Positions 13,066 to 24,605 of a DNA stretch of 64,000 nt are shown piece by piece. The notes below the pieces were generated by a model. That model was given only the letters and a program-made list of their open reading frames with translations, searched no databases and was not told where the DNA came from. The first letter of the stretch is position 1. The number at the start of each line of letters is the position of its first letter. This stretch comes from Lepidodermella squamata. Taxonomy: Eukaryota; Animalia; Gastrotricha. Position numbers and translations under genes: made by a program. The stretch spans positions 1,054,001 through 1,118,000 of the forward strand of contig JBLDXI010000013.1 in NCBI GenBank assembly GCA_047495785.1. Direction: 5' to 3'.

Positions 13066-15251
13066 CTAAGATGAACCGAATGGATCCGATTGCAAACGAG
13101 CGATTGGCCGATGCTTTCCATGTACATACAATCCGTTTGATATAAGTTTTTCGAAAGCCGCCTTGTAGACATAGCGAAATGTAATTGAGGCAAGGCCGTT
13201 ATCTGGCGGTTTGGCAGATTTATCTCGAAGCACTTTGACGCTTTCTATGCGACCGACTCGGTCAGCCGCTTTTTCCACCTCCGAAGCACGGACGTCATGC
13301 CGTAGATTGGTCACCATGCAGTAGAACGGGCCAGTTTGCCGCTCATCCTCCTTTTCACTGTCACTGTCATTTTCACGACGCCGCTTTTTGTGTTTGTCAT
13401 CACGCCGATCTTTCTTATCTCGCGAGTCATCACGCCGATCTTTCTTTTCTCGCGAGTCATCACGCTTGTCGCGCTTCAGCGATTCTTCCTTTACTTGCTT
13501 TTCCCTGCTTACGCGAGCTTCTTCGTGTTTCTCGTCGATTTTTGAGAATACAGACTGAGAACCCAACTGAGATTTTGGAGCGACAGTCGGTGTAGGAACG
13601 GCTGCAGAGGCTCCCGCGCTCATGGACTTCAACGCTGATTGCACAAATTTGACCGCAAGCGATTTGTTCTTAGCAGGTTGTTGCGCCTGACTCTGTTGTG
13701 TTGCATTGGCGTAATATTGCTGATTCACTTGATATCCGGTCGAGCTAGCTTGGATTTGTGCGATGGCATAATGAGCTCGTTGCTTAGCTTGGAAAGTGAA
13801 CGCGGCTTGTTGAACAAAGGCAGCTTGCTGCTGACAATCCTGATATGCTTGCCAATAATTTGTAAAATTCGGATCAGAAAATGCCTCGGGTGGAGGTGCG
13901 ACGTAGGTGAAGCCGTATTGATTTTCAGGAGGAATCAAGGCCGAGCTGGCTACTGCTGCAGCAACTGGGTCGATTGATTTCATGGTTTTAGCCTTCAATT
14001 TTGCTTCTTGCTCTCTTTTCAATTGCAATTCAAGAGCCTTCCGCTTTTTCTTTTCCTCTTCGGACGGGCCGAAAAAGTGGTCGTCGTAGATGTCCATATC
14101 AGCGTTCTCGTTACTAATGTAACATGTCATTTCGTATAGCAGCCAGTCAGTTTCTGCTAAAATCATGCTGAAAACCGGATCAGCGCGATCTACTCCAGGC
14201 GCAGGCGCATAAAAATCAACATCTTGGGCAACTCGCGATACCAGGGTACTCATACAGCCGGCAGCAATCTCTTCTGCAACGTCCCATTTACGTTCATCGA
14301 TCAGCTCACCGACAACTGTATCACCCGAATTCAAGTCTCCTGTAATTTACAGCGCAGAGTAAAATTTAGATAAATTTAGATGAAGGCATAATACCAAATA
14401 GTCTGGAAAGAGCACGTTGAATTCGCTCATCGTCACCACTAAGAGCGTCATCGATCAGCGTAGCAGACAACTCAGATACAGATGCAGCAGATTCCAGAGT
14501 CAATGGGCCTATTCTTACGCGATCGGCAGATGCATATTTCTGAAGCATTGTAAATATAACTTCCCGATGATCTGCATGGAAAAAGTCATAAGTTCAGGAT
14601 ACAAATAGAAATATCTTCCGAGAAACTACCAATGCTAGGCTGCAAAAGAGGAGACGGTGGTCTCGCGGCGATGATCCTCACCTTGCCATCGGTTCCTGTA
14701 ATATAAAACAACACTGTTGAAGTTTGATCCGAACAGAAGTATGGGAATAATACAACTGCTCGAAGTTTGATTTAAGCATCTGATTATGACGAAAGCGCTA
14801 TAATATGAAATTGCAATCTGTTTTCCATAGAAAAATGTGTAATAACAATTGAATAATTGATGAAAGTCTCACCACTGGATTTCTTGTCACTAGTCACGCT
14901 GTCTGAAAACAGGCTTGTCAACCCTTGAGTAGCGTCGATGTCATAATAGCCTTCCTCATATTCCTCGCAAAACGCTTTTCTCTCGTTAAGCAAAGGAGGA
15001 TATGGCTTCCAGCGAACACCATGAAGCCAGAATTCGGCTGAATCAGAGTAGGCCGCGATAGGTTCACGTGAATCCTTATCCGGCGACTCAGGTCGATGTG
15101 GAACTTGGTCGACCGAAGTTTCATTCTTGATATCGGATTCCACGACTTCAAAACCCGAAAAATTAGCTGGATGTGCTGGACTATTCGGCGCTGAGGGAGT
15201 AGCATCACTGCAAGTATCCATGTCATCTTCGGATCGCTGAATCGAGTTCAT
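13066..15251 (-). CDS. Uncharacterised RNA-binding protein with Q-rich, RD/K-rich and C-terminal RRM regions, 4 exons
   Basis: ORFs join in frame through GT-AG introns (KKSS|GTDGKVRII..PSI|DHREVIFTMLQKY..RLF|GDLNSG). RRM: CMVTNL...GRIESVKV...GLASITF. Confidence 0.75.
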
Positions 15252-15819
15252 TTGTAAGAGCTCTCAATGCAACGGTCGTAAGACAACTAAAATGACAACA
15301 TTTTAAAGACGATGATTGCATTAAGAATTATACTTGACCTGCTCCACATTAGAGAGCATTACTCTACACTATATTTCGCGAAAAATTGTAAAAATAATCA
15401 GGATCTACCACAGAGATATCACGAAATAGTCGTTCAGCTTTGACGCGCCAGTTTAACAGACCATTTAAACACGTCTAACAGTTCATTTGAGATCGACTTT
15501 AATTCGTTATTTATGAGAAAGAGCTGCAGCTGAGTAAGCTAAATCGGTAAAAACACCCATGAGCGAGCAGCGAGCCAGGAGCCAGGGCCCTCCGTAGCGC
15601 AAATCAGCAAGCAGCTTGCGAGCACACAAAATCACACGAAATCATGCACAAAATTCTGTCAATTAAAGTTGAAAGACATTCATTACATGCGGCTGATTCT
15701 ATCGGTATTTTCGTACAATAAAATTTTATATTATTGAAAATAATATTTTCACCACCTATAATTATATTAATATTCATTATATAATTTTGGCTCTTATATT
15801 TTGGGATTTGGGAACCGTT

Positions 15820-16394
15820 GGTCTTGAGCGAAAAGGCTTCTTTGCGAAAAGGCTTTGGCACTGCAGCGAACCCTGCAAACGGCGGCCCGTGTGCAGCAGT
15901 CCCTCCCGCTGTGTCCACTGCGTATCCAGCGCTGCCGAGCTGAAGACAGAACTAGAAGTTATGTAGGCATATAAAGGGGACTTAGCTCATTCCCTGTGAA
16001 GTCTATAGGGCAGGCGTCAGGCGTCGGGAGCGGGTACTCAGAGGCGACCCCGCCCGGTGCCACTCGGTTCCCTTGGTGCTTCAGAGGGCGCGGTGGCGAG
16101 CTGCTGTCTGGGTGATAGCCGTTTCCGGACATTGCCTAGCTGGAGAAGTAGGTATTTTAGGAGCAGGGGGCTTCTTCGTCAGCCTCCTCGTTGAAGTCGA
16201 GCAAATGCGCCAGTCTGTTGCCGTCGAAACCTCGTGAAGTCGAAGACCTTGAGGGAATCATGACGTCGGCAGCTTCTGCGCACTCGATGGCTAAGTGTTT
16301 CACATAAGCCCAACCATCACTTCCGGGTAGACCGCCATGACAAAGAGGGCATTTGCCCGCCCACGTGTATTGCTTCATACTGGATACTGGATAC
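15820..16394 (-). mobile_element. 5'-truncated LINE 3' fragment flanked by imperfect 18-bp direct repeats
   Basis: CPLC..HLAIEC CCHC motif in ORF 16157-16378; locally GC-rich. Flanks tgggatttgggaaccgtt (15802-15819) and tgggatctgggaactgtt (16395-16412) match at 16/18. Confidence 0.6.
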
Positions 16395-17070
16395 TGGGAT
16401 CTGGGAACTGTTATTCTTACTTGAGGTAAGGCATTTCTTCGATAAAAAAACAGTTTTCAGCTTGAAAATGCCTAAAAAGCGTCAACCAGAATTGTTGGAA
16501 AGTTGGAAGGCTTGGAAATTGTTAATAAAAAGTATGCAGGGACAAGGGTTTACCTAGCCTTTTGAAATTGAGGGTAGGCAGTCGCGAAATGGGGTAAAAA
16601 GGGACCTAAAAAGCTGACAAATAGCAAAAAGCTCGAAATTAGGGGTTGGGTAGCCAAATTTTGGGGGTGGGTTGGGGGTGGATAGATAAACCCATGTGCA
16701 GGGATGCAGGTACATTCTTTTGAGATATTATTTCATTCGGGTGGTGCCTGGCGCCCATTATGCCACAACCAATAACTTTTCTTCCAGGCAACAGGAAAAT
16801 TGTCGCGCTATGGATTGAGCTATCCCCTTTCGATTTTGCTTCGCGATCCCTTGCTCTCACGGGCACCGGGATGAAGTTGATGTACTTTGGGCTTCATTGG
16901 TGGAACAGGTATACTTGCTATACAGAAAGATTCCAGGATTGATCTACACTGTCTATTCCTGGCTGCAACGTGTGCTGAGAGCTGACTATTGCATTCTTTT
17001 ACCTCTCGCATTAGTGACGTATATTTTACTTTTACGCTAGATTTTGCTTTTCTGATATAAAAATTTGTAA

Positions 17071-17828
17071 ATGCTGTCGACACGCTCGCTGGCTCTTTCT
17101 TTTAGTGTCATTCGTTGTCGAATTCCTCCGTCTTTATTTCTCGTCCGAAGAAGTTTCTCTGCTAAAGAACAGAATACCAACAATGAAAAAGCTGCGCCCA
17201 AAGTGAATAAAAATCAGCGACAAATTCAAGTTGCCGATGCGTTTGGGGAGAAACCGTACTCTTCCATGTCTGCGTCGGAGAAAGGTTTGGTTACTCGCTT
17301 CTCCTTATTTCGATTATTTCAGAGTGTTGTTATTTTATCCAGTCGTTGAAGGTAGCAAAGATACATTCTTCATGTTGGTGGTTCTAGGGGGTGTTGCGTT
17401 GACGGGTTTTGTTGGTTATGTTATATTCCGTGAATTATTTTCGCGCGAAACTCCTAATGGGATTTACTCAGAAGCTTTGAAGTTATGCAGAGACAATCAA
17501 GAATTAGCTCGTGTAATCGGTACACCAATGCTGGGTCATGGAGAGCAGAGTCGGCGCGGCAGGCGTTGGATGGTTGCCCATGAGGAGTTTTTACTGGAGG
17601 GTAAAAAGTGTATGAGAATGCAATTCTTTGTCAAAGGTCCAATTACCGAAGGGCTGGTGCAGCTGGAAGTAAGAAAGGTTAGTTGTTAGATTTTTTCAAG
17701 GCGAGTATTCTGATTGACTCTGCTCATATTAGGACTCTTCTGATCGATACGCTTTTCGATATTTGTTCGTTGAAGTACCAGGATCGCGACGACCAATTAT
17801 TCTAATTGACAACAGAAATTCGCAATAA
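17071..17828 (+). CDS. TIMM21: Mitochondrial import inner-membrane translocase subunit Tim21, 3 exons
   Basis: Presequence; TM segment [19 protein letters not shown]; [17 protein letters not shown]; MRMQFFVKG; last exon [17 protein letters not shown]. Confidence 0.92.
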
Positions 17829-17881
17829 ATTTTCTAAATCTTTTCGCCGATAGGGATTTAAATTTGAAACTTTCCATCGCG

Positions 17882-18769
17882 ATGTCAGATGATAAACTGG
17901 ACGTTTCTGACGAAGCTGACCTGCTAGATGATGATTTACTAGCCGGTGATCTCAGCCAAGCTGGCGATGGTGCCCTCAGCCCGACGAATGGAACGAACGG
18001 TGCTTTGACTTCCGCAAGCGTAACTAGCGATTTAGAGGCTATGCAAGCCAGGATGTCTCAGCTGGATGAAGAAGAGATGTTGTTACGCCAACGCCAAAGC
18101 GAAGTTGAGCGTCAGATGAGTATGGCTGCTGCGTCGCCGCCGAGCCGATCCTTCATGTCGCTTGAAGAAAAGGCTGATCTTGACGCGCGTTCTGTTTACA
18201 TAGGCAATGTGGACTACGGCGCTACTGCCGAGGAGTTGGAGCAATATTTTCACGGCTGTGGTGCGATTAATCGAGTGACTATCATCTGCGACAAATGGAC
18301 TGGAAGTCCCAAAGGGTATAATCTTTAGCCTTCTTATGATTTTGTAATTCATTAGCTCTCATTAGCTTTGCCTACATCGAATTCGCTGACAAGGAGGCAT
18401 CTCAAACGGCAGTTGCGCTGGATAATACCTTATTTCGAGGTCGCCAAATAAAAGTGACGCCAAAGCGAACGAACATTCCTGGCATTTCGACGACAGACCG
18501 GCCACCTCGCGGAGGTCGCGGGGCCCGAGGCGGCAGAGGCATGCGTGGAATGGGTGCCGGTGTGATGTACGTACCAGTTCCAGTCGGAGGCGGTTTCGCC
18601 GGTGGATTTGGTCCTATTTTCCGCGGAGGCCGTGGGGGTAGGGCAAGGTGAGTTTCATGCCACTTTCGAATCTCCCAAGATTGAAAGTCTTTCATTTCCA
18701 TGCAATCATTCATTTGTCTATATTTTTACTTTCAGGGGAGCGCGTCGTGCCTTCTTTAGTCCATATTGA
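17882..18769 (+). CDS. PABPN1: Nuclear poly(A)-binding protein, 3 exons
   Basis: Coiled coil; [38 protein letters not shown]; [14 protein letters not shown]; RGG tail ending FSPY. Confidence 0.95.
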
Positions 18770-19270
18770 GAGCTGTTCAACATTGGCGAAAATTGGCGAA
18801 TCTGAAAATTACAACCCTATAGTTAGCCCGGGGCATGGGTTAGCGTAAGGGTCACCAAATTGAAAATACATAGCTGGGTGGCTAAGGACAATTTGGATAT
18901 TTGATTTTGCCGTTTTTGAATTTGAATTTCATGAATTTTTTAACATGCTTTTGGCACGAAATTTCAGCTCCAATTGCCCTGCTCCATCACATATGTATTT
19001 ACATGTAAATAGAGACATTTGTACATATGTGTGTGATGGTTGTGTACGCATTGTCATTTTCTGATTTTGTTTTGTTTCATTTTGATCGTTCTAAGCCTTG
19101 CATATAAAATAGCCGTTGTAAAATAAAAAAATACAGTCAACAGCAAAACACACAATCGAACGGCAGAAAAGTGGTGAAAAAACCAGGCTTAGTCAAAGAA
19201 AAAACAATAAAATTCTTTAGGTCCATTATTGTGTTTTTTCTATCTTAGGCTTTATCAGTTGATATTTAAA

Positions 19271-20047
19271 ATGGCTGCCGATTGCGGTCTCTCCCAGGAA
19301 GAATATGGAACTCTGCTGAAAGCGATGGACGATCTTGCAAAAGAGGAGAAAGTTCAGGAAATTTACGATCGACTCATTCGCTTCAAAGATTCTTCTGCCG
19401 TTGAAATTTTGTGGAGACTAGCATCGTAAGTTCCTTGAACTGCATCAGTTATGTTTTTATTACGCAATATTAATCGTTTCAGGGCAGCTACTGAATTAGG
19501 ACGGTCCAACAAAAGCAAAACTAAGATCTACGAAGCTCATGCTTTAGCTGAACGCGCGTTGAGTATCAGCGACTCAAATGCTGATGTTCGTAAAGCGCTA
19601 TGTAACGTGCTTCGATATACGTCTGAATACGAAGGACCAAAATCTCAAGTTCAGAATTCTTATGTGATCAAAGCTCATCTAGAGGTAGCCCGTCAATTGA
19701 AGCCTGATGATCCGGCGATTTATCATTCCCTTGGATGCTGGTCTTTCGCCTTTGCTGATATTGGGCGCGTTGCTCGTAAATTAGCTGGCCAAACTGGCGT
19801 GAAGCCGCCAAAAAGCACATACCAGGAAGCAAAAGATTACTTCTCAAAAGCTGAGGAGCTTCAACCTGGTTTCAGTGCGATGAATTTATACATGCTTGGT
19901 AAAACCCTCAACTGTATGGGCGAGAAAGAATCGGCTGTGCAACATCTCATTCGAGCTCGCGATTTTACCCCACTGGTGAAACATAGCGATCGCGAAGGCC
20001 ACAAGAAAGCAATCAAACTATTGCAAAAACTTGGTGTGAAAAAATAA
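19271..20047 (+). CDS. RMDN1: Regulator of microtubule dynamics (RMDN/FAM82) TPR-like protein, copy 1, 2 exons
   Basis: VEILWRLAS|RA, QVQNSYVIKAHL..A..L.PDDP..YHSLGCW.F.FAD, PPKSTYQEA..YF.KAEEL.PGF...N..MLGK. Confidence 0.88.
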
Positions 20048-20204
20048 TTTTAATCTGCTAATACTGGTGCTGTGATGCAAAATTTTTACTCACATTTGGG
20101 CTTTCTGTGTAATTTTATTTACGAGTTTTATTTTTGGAATTTAATGCTCACTAATAAAAGGTTGTTGCTTTCAAATCTATTTTTCATTTCTTAGGGTTAG
20201 TTTC

Positions 20205-21215
20205 ATGAGTTTTTATGGCAAAGCGAGTGTTTTGAGATCAACAGTTAGAAAGCTAATCGATAACCGCTGCAACCTAACACGTTTGACACGTCTGTCAGCT
20301 CATTCCAATCTCGTCTTCCAGAAGTTCACAAGTCGCCGTGTTGCCACAGCCTCATTTGCATTCATCGCTCTAGCTGCTGTTCAAAATAAGAAAGACAAAA
20401 TGGCTGATATTTCCGAAGTAACTAAGCGCGCTGATGACTTGTACAAGGAAAACAAGTTCCAAGAAGTTTACGATCATTTGATTCCTCACAAGGATAGCGA
20501 GGCTGTTGAAATTTTGTGGCGCTTGTCGAGGTGAAATGAGAGCTCATTATTGATGTGAAAAGTTCGAACATTTGCATTTTTAGGGCTGCCATTGATGTCG
20601 GCAAAATCAGCAGCGACAAGGAGTTCCGCAAAACAAAGATTTACGAAGCTGCGCAAATCATGGACCGTGCCATTAAGCTGGACAGCTCAAACGCTTACGT
20701 ACACAAGTGGTACGCTTTCTCGGTGAAATACACCGGTGAGTACGAAGGAACGAAGAAGCAAATTCAGAACGCCTACTTGATCAAGGAACATCTTGAAAAG
20801 GCAGGCGAATTGAATCCGAGGGACCCTACTACTCAATATGCCCTTGGTTCTTGGGCGTTCACATTTGCCGATATGGGCTGGATGACCCGTAAAGTTGCTG
20901 AGACTATTTTTGATAAACCACCCTCCGCAACCTATGAAGATGCCTTGAAGTATTTTGAAAAGGTATTTTATGATTTATATAAGAATTGTTGAATGAAACT
21001 GACTTTTCTAACTCAAGGCCGAAGAGCTGGAGCCGAACTTTTTCTCAATGAATCTCTTGATGATTGGAAAGGTCTACAATGCATTGGGAAACAAGGAGAA
21101 AGCCATTGAATTCCTGCGTCGCGCTCGTGATTTCTCGCCCAAAGTTTCGCCCGATGACAAGGAAGCTTCTGATGAAGCCTCACAGTTGCTGTCAAAGCTT
21201 GGCGTTAAAAACTAA
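20205..21215 (+). CDS. RMDN1: RMDN protein, copy 2, with mitochondrial-type N-terminal extension, 3 exons
   Basis: Same motifs (EILWRLSRA, HKWYA, IKEHLEKA.ELNP.DPT, PPSATYEDAL.YF.KAEE); basic leader precedes an internal Met at 20400. Confidence 0.9.
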
Positions 21216-22088
21216 TGACATTGAACATGTTTACTACAATTTTGCTTCGGTGATTGGTAATTCCTAATAGATCTTATTGTGATGTGATTTCTCGCTCTTT
21301 TGATTCTTTCTTTACAGCCTACAGCTTTGCTCTTTGACTTATCTCTATAATTTGATGAAGATTCAGCATGGCTATTTTCTTTCGATAATCCCGTTTCTTA
21401 GTTATACCGCCAGACTTCTATGTTTCATAGAATAAAATGATCCTCTCATGTAATCACATCAATTTTACTTCATTCTTCTCTCAAGCCGAAGTTACTCCAT
21501 GACATTTCAACTTCCACGTGAAAAGTTCAAAAATGATTCACAGAAGAGGCAAAGACATGGATTCGCAGACTCGACCGTATAAAATATCAAGCACTCAAGA
21601 ATAGTCTACAATAGGGCAACGAGACACAATCGGAAATAGCAATGAGAAAAATATAATTTCATCTCTAACTTTGATGAGTAAATGGAAGTCAATGCTCAAC
21701 ACCTGTTATCGCTATTAGCTATACAATATCATAAAGATCAGTCATCAATTTTAACAATCTATTACATGTTGGCTATAACAGCAGCGCTGTCTCATGTGGA
21801 ATGTTAGAACAACTGAAGCCGTCGAGCAATAAGAACTAAAAGCGCATCAAAATATTTGGCAGAAGAAAATGTGCCTAATAATTTCATCATATTGCTAATC
21901 AAAGATCAAAAAATAAAATGCCGGGAAACGGGAACCGAAACCCGAATGTTCAAAAATATTGTGATGTTTTCTCGGGCCTGAATGTACAAACAACTAGGCC
22001 GTTGCGTTGTCTCTCACATACAGCTGTCACCGACGGAATTTGACATCTTCTATAGCGGTCTCGCAGTGCTTTGTCGGCTGGCGAGTTG

Positions 22089-22574
22089 TTAGTCATATTG
22101 AAGCTGGTTCTTGAGCGCAGATGCGGACATGGTGTATTGAACGCACCCATCGCCATTTCCGGCAGGTGAGCCATTTGGGCCTGTAGGGTTAATTTCACAA
22201 CGGAAATTAGTAAGAACCTTATTATAATTTTTTTGATCACCTACGTCAACTGTTTCGCGGCTACCGGGAAAATGCACAGTATTCACCAACGGTTTGGCTC
22301 GCATTACCGTATCAACGCGCCTCCTCACATCATCAATGGCTGTGCCGCATCTCTTTGGCGACGTTTTTTCATTGTCACATGCTCCTGCAGGAGGTAGCTT
22401 TGCGAAAGAAGTCCTCAAATGCTCATACAACTCGTTATCCGTCATTCTTGGAGCAAGGTGAGGTTCCAACTGTTGGTAACTGCCGTAGCTATTATACCGC
22501 CATGTGGGCGGCAACGGCGGGTCAGGCGTGTTGGGAAACTTCGTGCAAACCATATTGTTCATGGATATTTTCAT
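22089..22574 (-). CDS. Hypothetical 161-aa protein or exon with no recognised family
   Basis: Long ORF with coding-like composition and several Cys and Pro; an AG lies 3 nt before the ATG. Confidence 0.4.
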   Translation of the reverse strand: MKISMNNMVCTKFPNTPDPPLPPTWRYNSYGSYQQLEPHLAPRMTDNELYEHLRTSFAKLPPAGACDNEKTSPKRCGTAIDDVRRRVDTVMRAKPLVNTVHFPGSRETVDVGDQKNYNKVLTNFRCEINPTGPNGSPAGNGDGCVQYTMSASALKNQLQYD

Positions 22575-24605
22575 TTTCTATCTACCTATCTATGCACTTC
22601 CTAATAAAATGACGAAACTCGTTAATCATCAATCAGTATTATTCATCACTAATGAAGATGGAGAAAAACAAGCTGTTTTTTATGTTTGCTACATCGTACC
22701 CTTATGGGTCGGTATCCTACATTGCAAGGCTATATACCGTGACGCACGGAATGTGCAAAAAACAAAGGCAAAAAATAGTACCCAATGTAGAAATCGCGCT
22801 GCAACTCTCATAAGATACGTACGGTCATTAAGTGTGTAACAGAAGGAATTTCGAGGGCGCATTAATCGGCAGTTCGAGTTATTGAGCATTGATGATTCAC
22901 TGTTATTATTACGATGCGCTCGCAAACGCCCAGGTGATGGATAAATAGTGAATAATATATACAACATCCCATAAAAGCAGAGATCGGATAGCAAAGGCGC
23001 AACGCAACCATCATCGGTGAACGTTTCTCTACCTCAGACATCGCGCGCCCGAAGCTTCTAGAAGGAAGCAGTTGCTCAATTACGCAAGCACACCTAGGCG
23101 ATCGGCAGTGATTTCTTTAGTGCACGATATGATTAAGCACACGTGGGTTCCACAAAGGATAATGCGAATATCATTCTATATGGGTAAACATACTGGTAGT
23201 AAAATCACCCGGCATCTGGATGAGATAAATACAAAAGCAAGCTTGACCCATGCGCACGCGCTGATTTCATCATGACGCAGCATCTGAATGATGCGCTGCG
23301 CTGCATCTCAGGTCTCCGAATCCTATAAATAGGCAAAAATATATCCCTTTTGCATGCTCCTATAAAATCATTAGCTCTTGCACACATTCGTTTGCTTAAA
23401 AAATGTTTCCCCCTAGCTACTCTTCGATCAACGACGAGTACGCAATATAATATAATATAATTGCAAGCTACATCTTTTCGCAATCGGTAGCTATCGACAA
23501 TCGCAACTGTACGATCAAAGGTAGTCGTCGAAAATATTCTTTCAATTTTCAAAACTGAAACGCTGATCATGTCTTTGACATAATAAGATCGCGAGATCGT
23601 GGTATGTTACGCCGCTTCTTTTGCGTGGTATCTCTTTCGCATAAATCTTTCCCGCAGTCCACTAGAGGTAGGTATTTCGCAGCAGGCCGATCACATTAGG
23701 TACCCACTTACCTACCTATATTTCAAAAAGGCCCATTATAATTTTCCGCGCGATAGGAAAACCATATTATGACCTAACAACATTCCATCTTCGATCAATT
23801 GAGGTATGAGGTATAATTAAAAAATAAGTACTTTATTTCTTTTGCATTCTCTCTTAGAATATTCCACCTAAAAATTAGCTGCTTTAAAGGTATTGAAAAA
23901 TGTTCTCTGCTCCTCTTGTGGGCAACATCCAATATTGTTCCACTCCAGCTCAGTAATAGGAGAGAAGTCCCTCTGAGAGTAGCCTCGTTAATTTCCTGAG
24001 ACCAGGAGATTTCCTTATTTTTAAGATATAGACAAGTTATAGACAAGAGACAATCAGTCAGTATTTATCGAAGGTTATTGTTGATGAGGCTCAAATTTAA
24101 TGCTAGCAAAAGGAATATGCGCGGTAAGAGTAACCATTAGCTAAATGCTTGGAAGGGGAAGAATTATTTTCGAAATAAGTTGGGTGTGTATAGAAATTAA
24201 ATAGTCCCTGTAGCTGAATAAGTAATCAAAAGCTTAGCATGAGGTCGAATTATCCATGTCAATGGTCTCATAACAGTGACAAAAATTTAGAAACACACAA
24301 TTAGGCCTATTTCATTTTTACTTCTCATTGCCCTCTCCAACAAAACATGATCTCGGGAAAGTAACAAACACAGGCAGATAAGGGCTCTGGAAGCGTGGGA
24401 AGCTAAGAGAACCAATGGACATAAATATTCTTATTTACTCGTAAGAATTGAATATTGAGGACTTCCTATTCAACGTCAAAAATACAGTAAATGCTATTAA
24501 AAAATAAAAATACCACGGGAAAGTGGGCAGAAAATTTCTCGTAGTATGACATCTTTCTTTCATCATGGAAGTCGGGAGGCTTGTCGGGAGAAGCACATTT
24601 TCTCA

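Noticed and set aside
15960-16150. GC-rich stretch as RNase P/MRP RNA
   Set aside because: No matching conserved P4 pair; better explained as the end of the LINE fragment.
16810-17040. ATG-GAT-TGA followed by an open frame, suggesting TGA recoding or a selenoprotein
   Set aside because: No recognisable domain or SECIS, and TGA is a normal stop in several genes here (ZNRF, IDH3G, EMC2).
22625-22650. C/D box words on the minus strand (GTGATGA, CTGA, TGATGA)
   Set aside because: Spacing is too short for a guide and there is no terminal D box.
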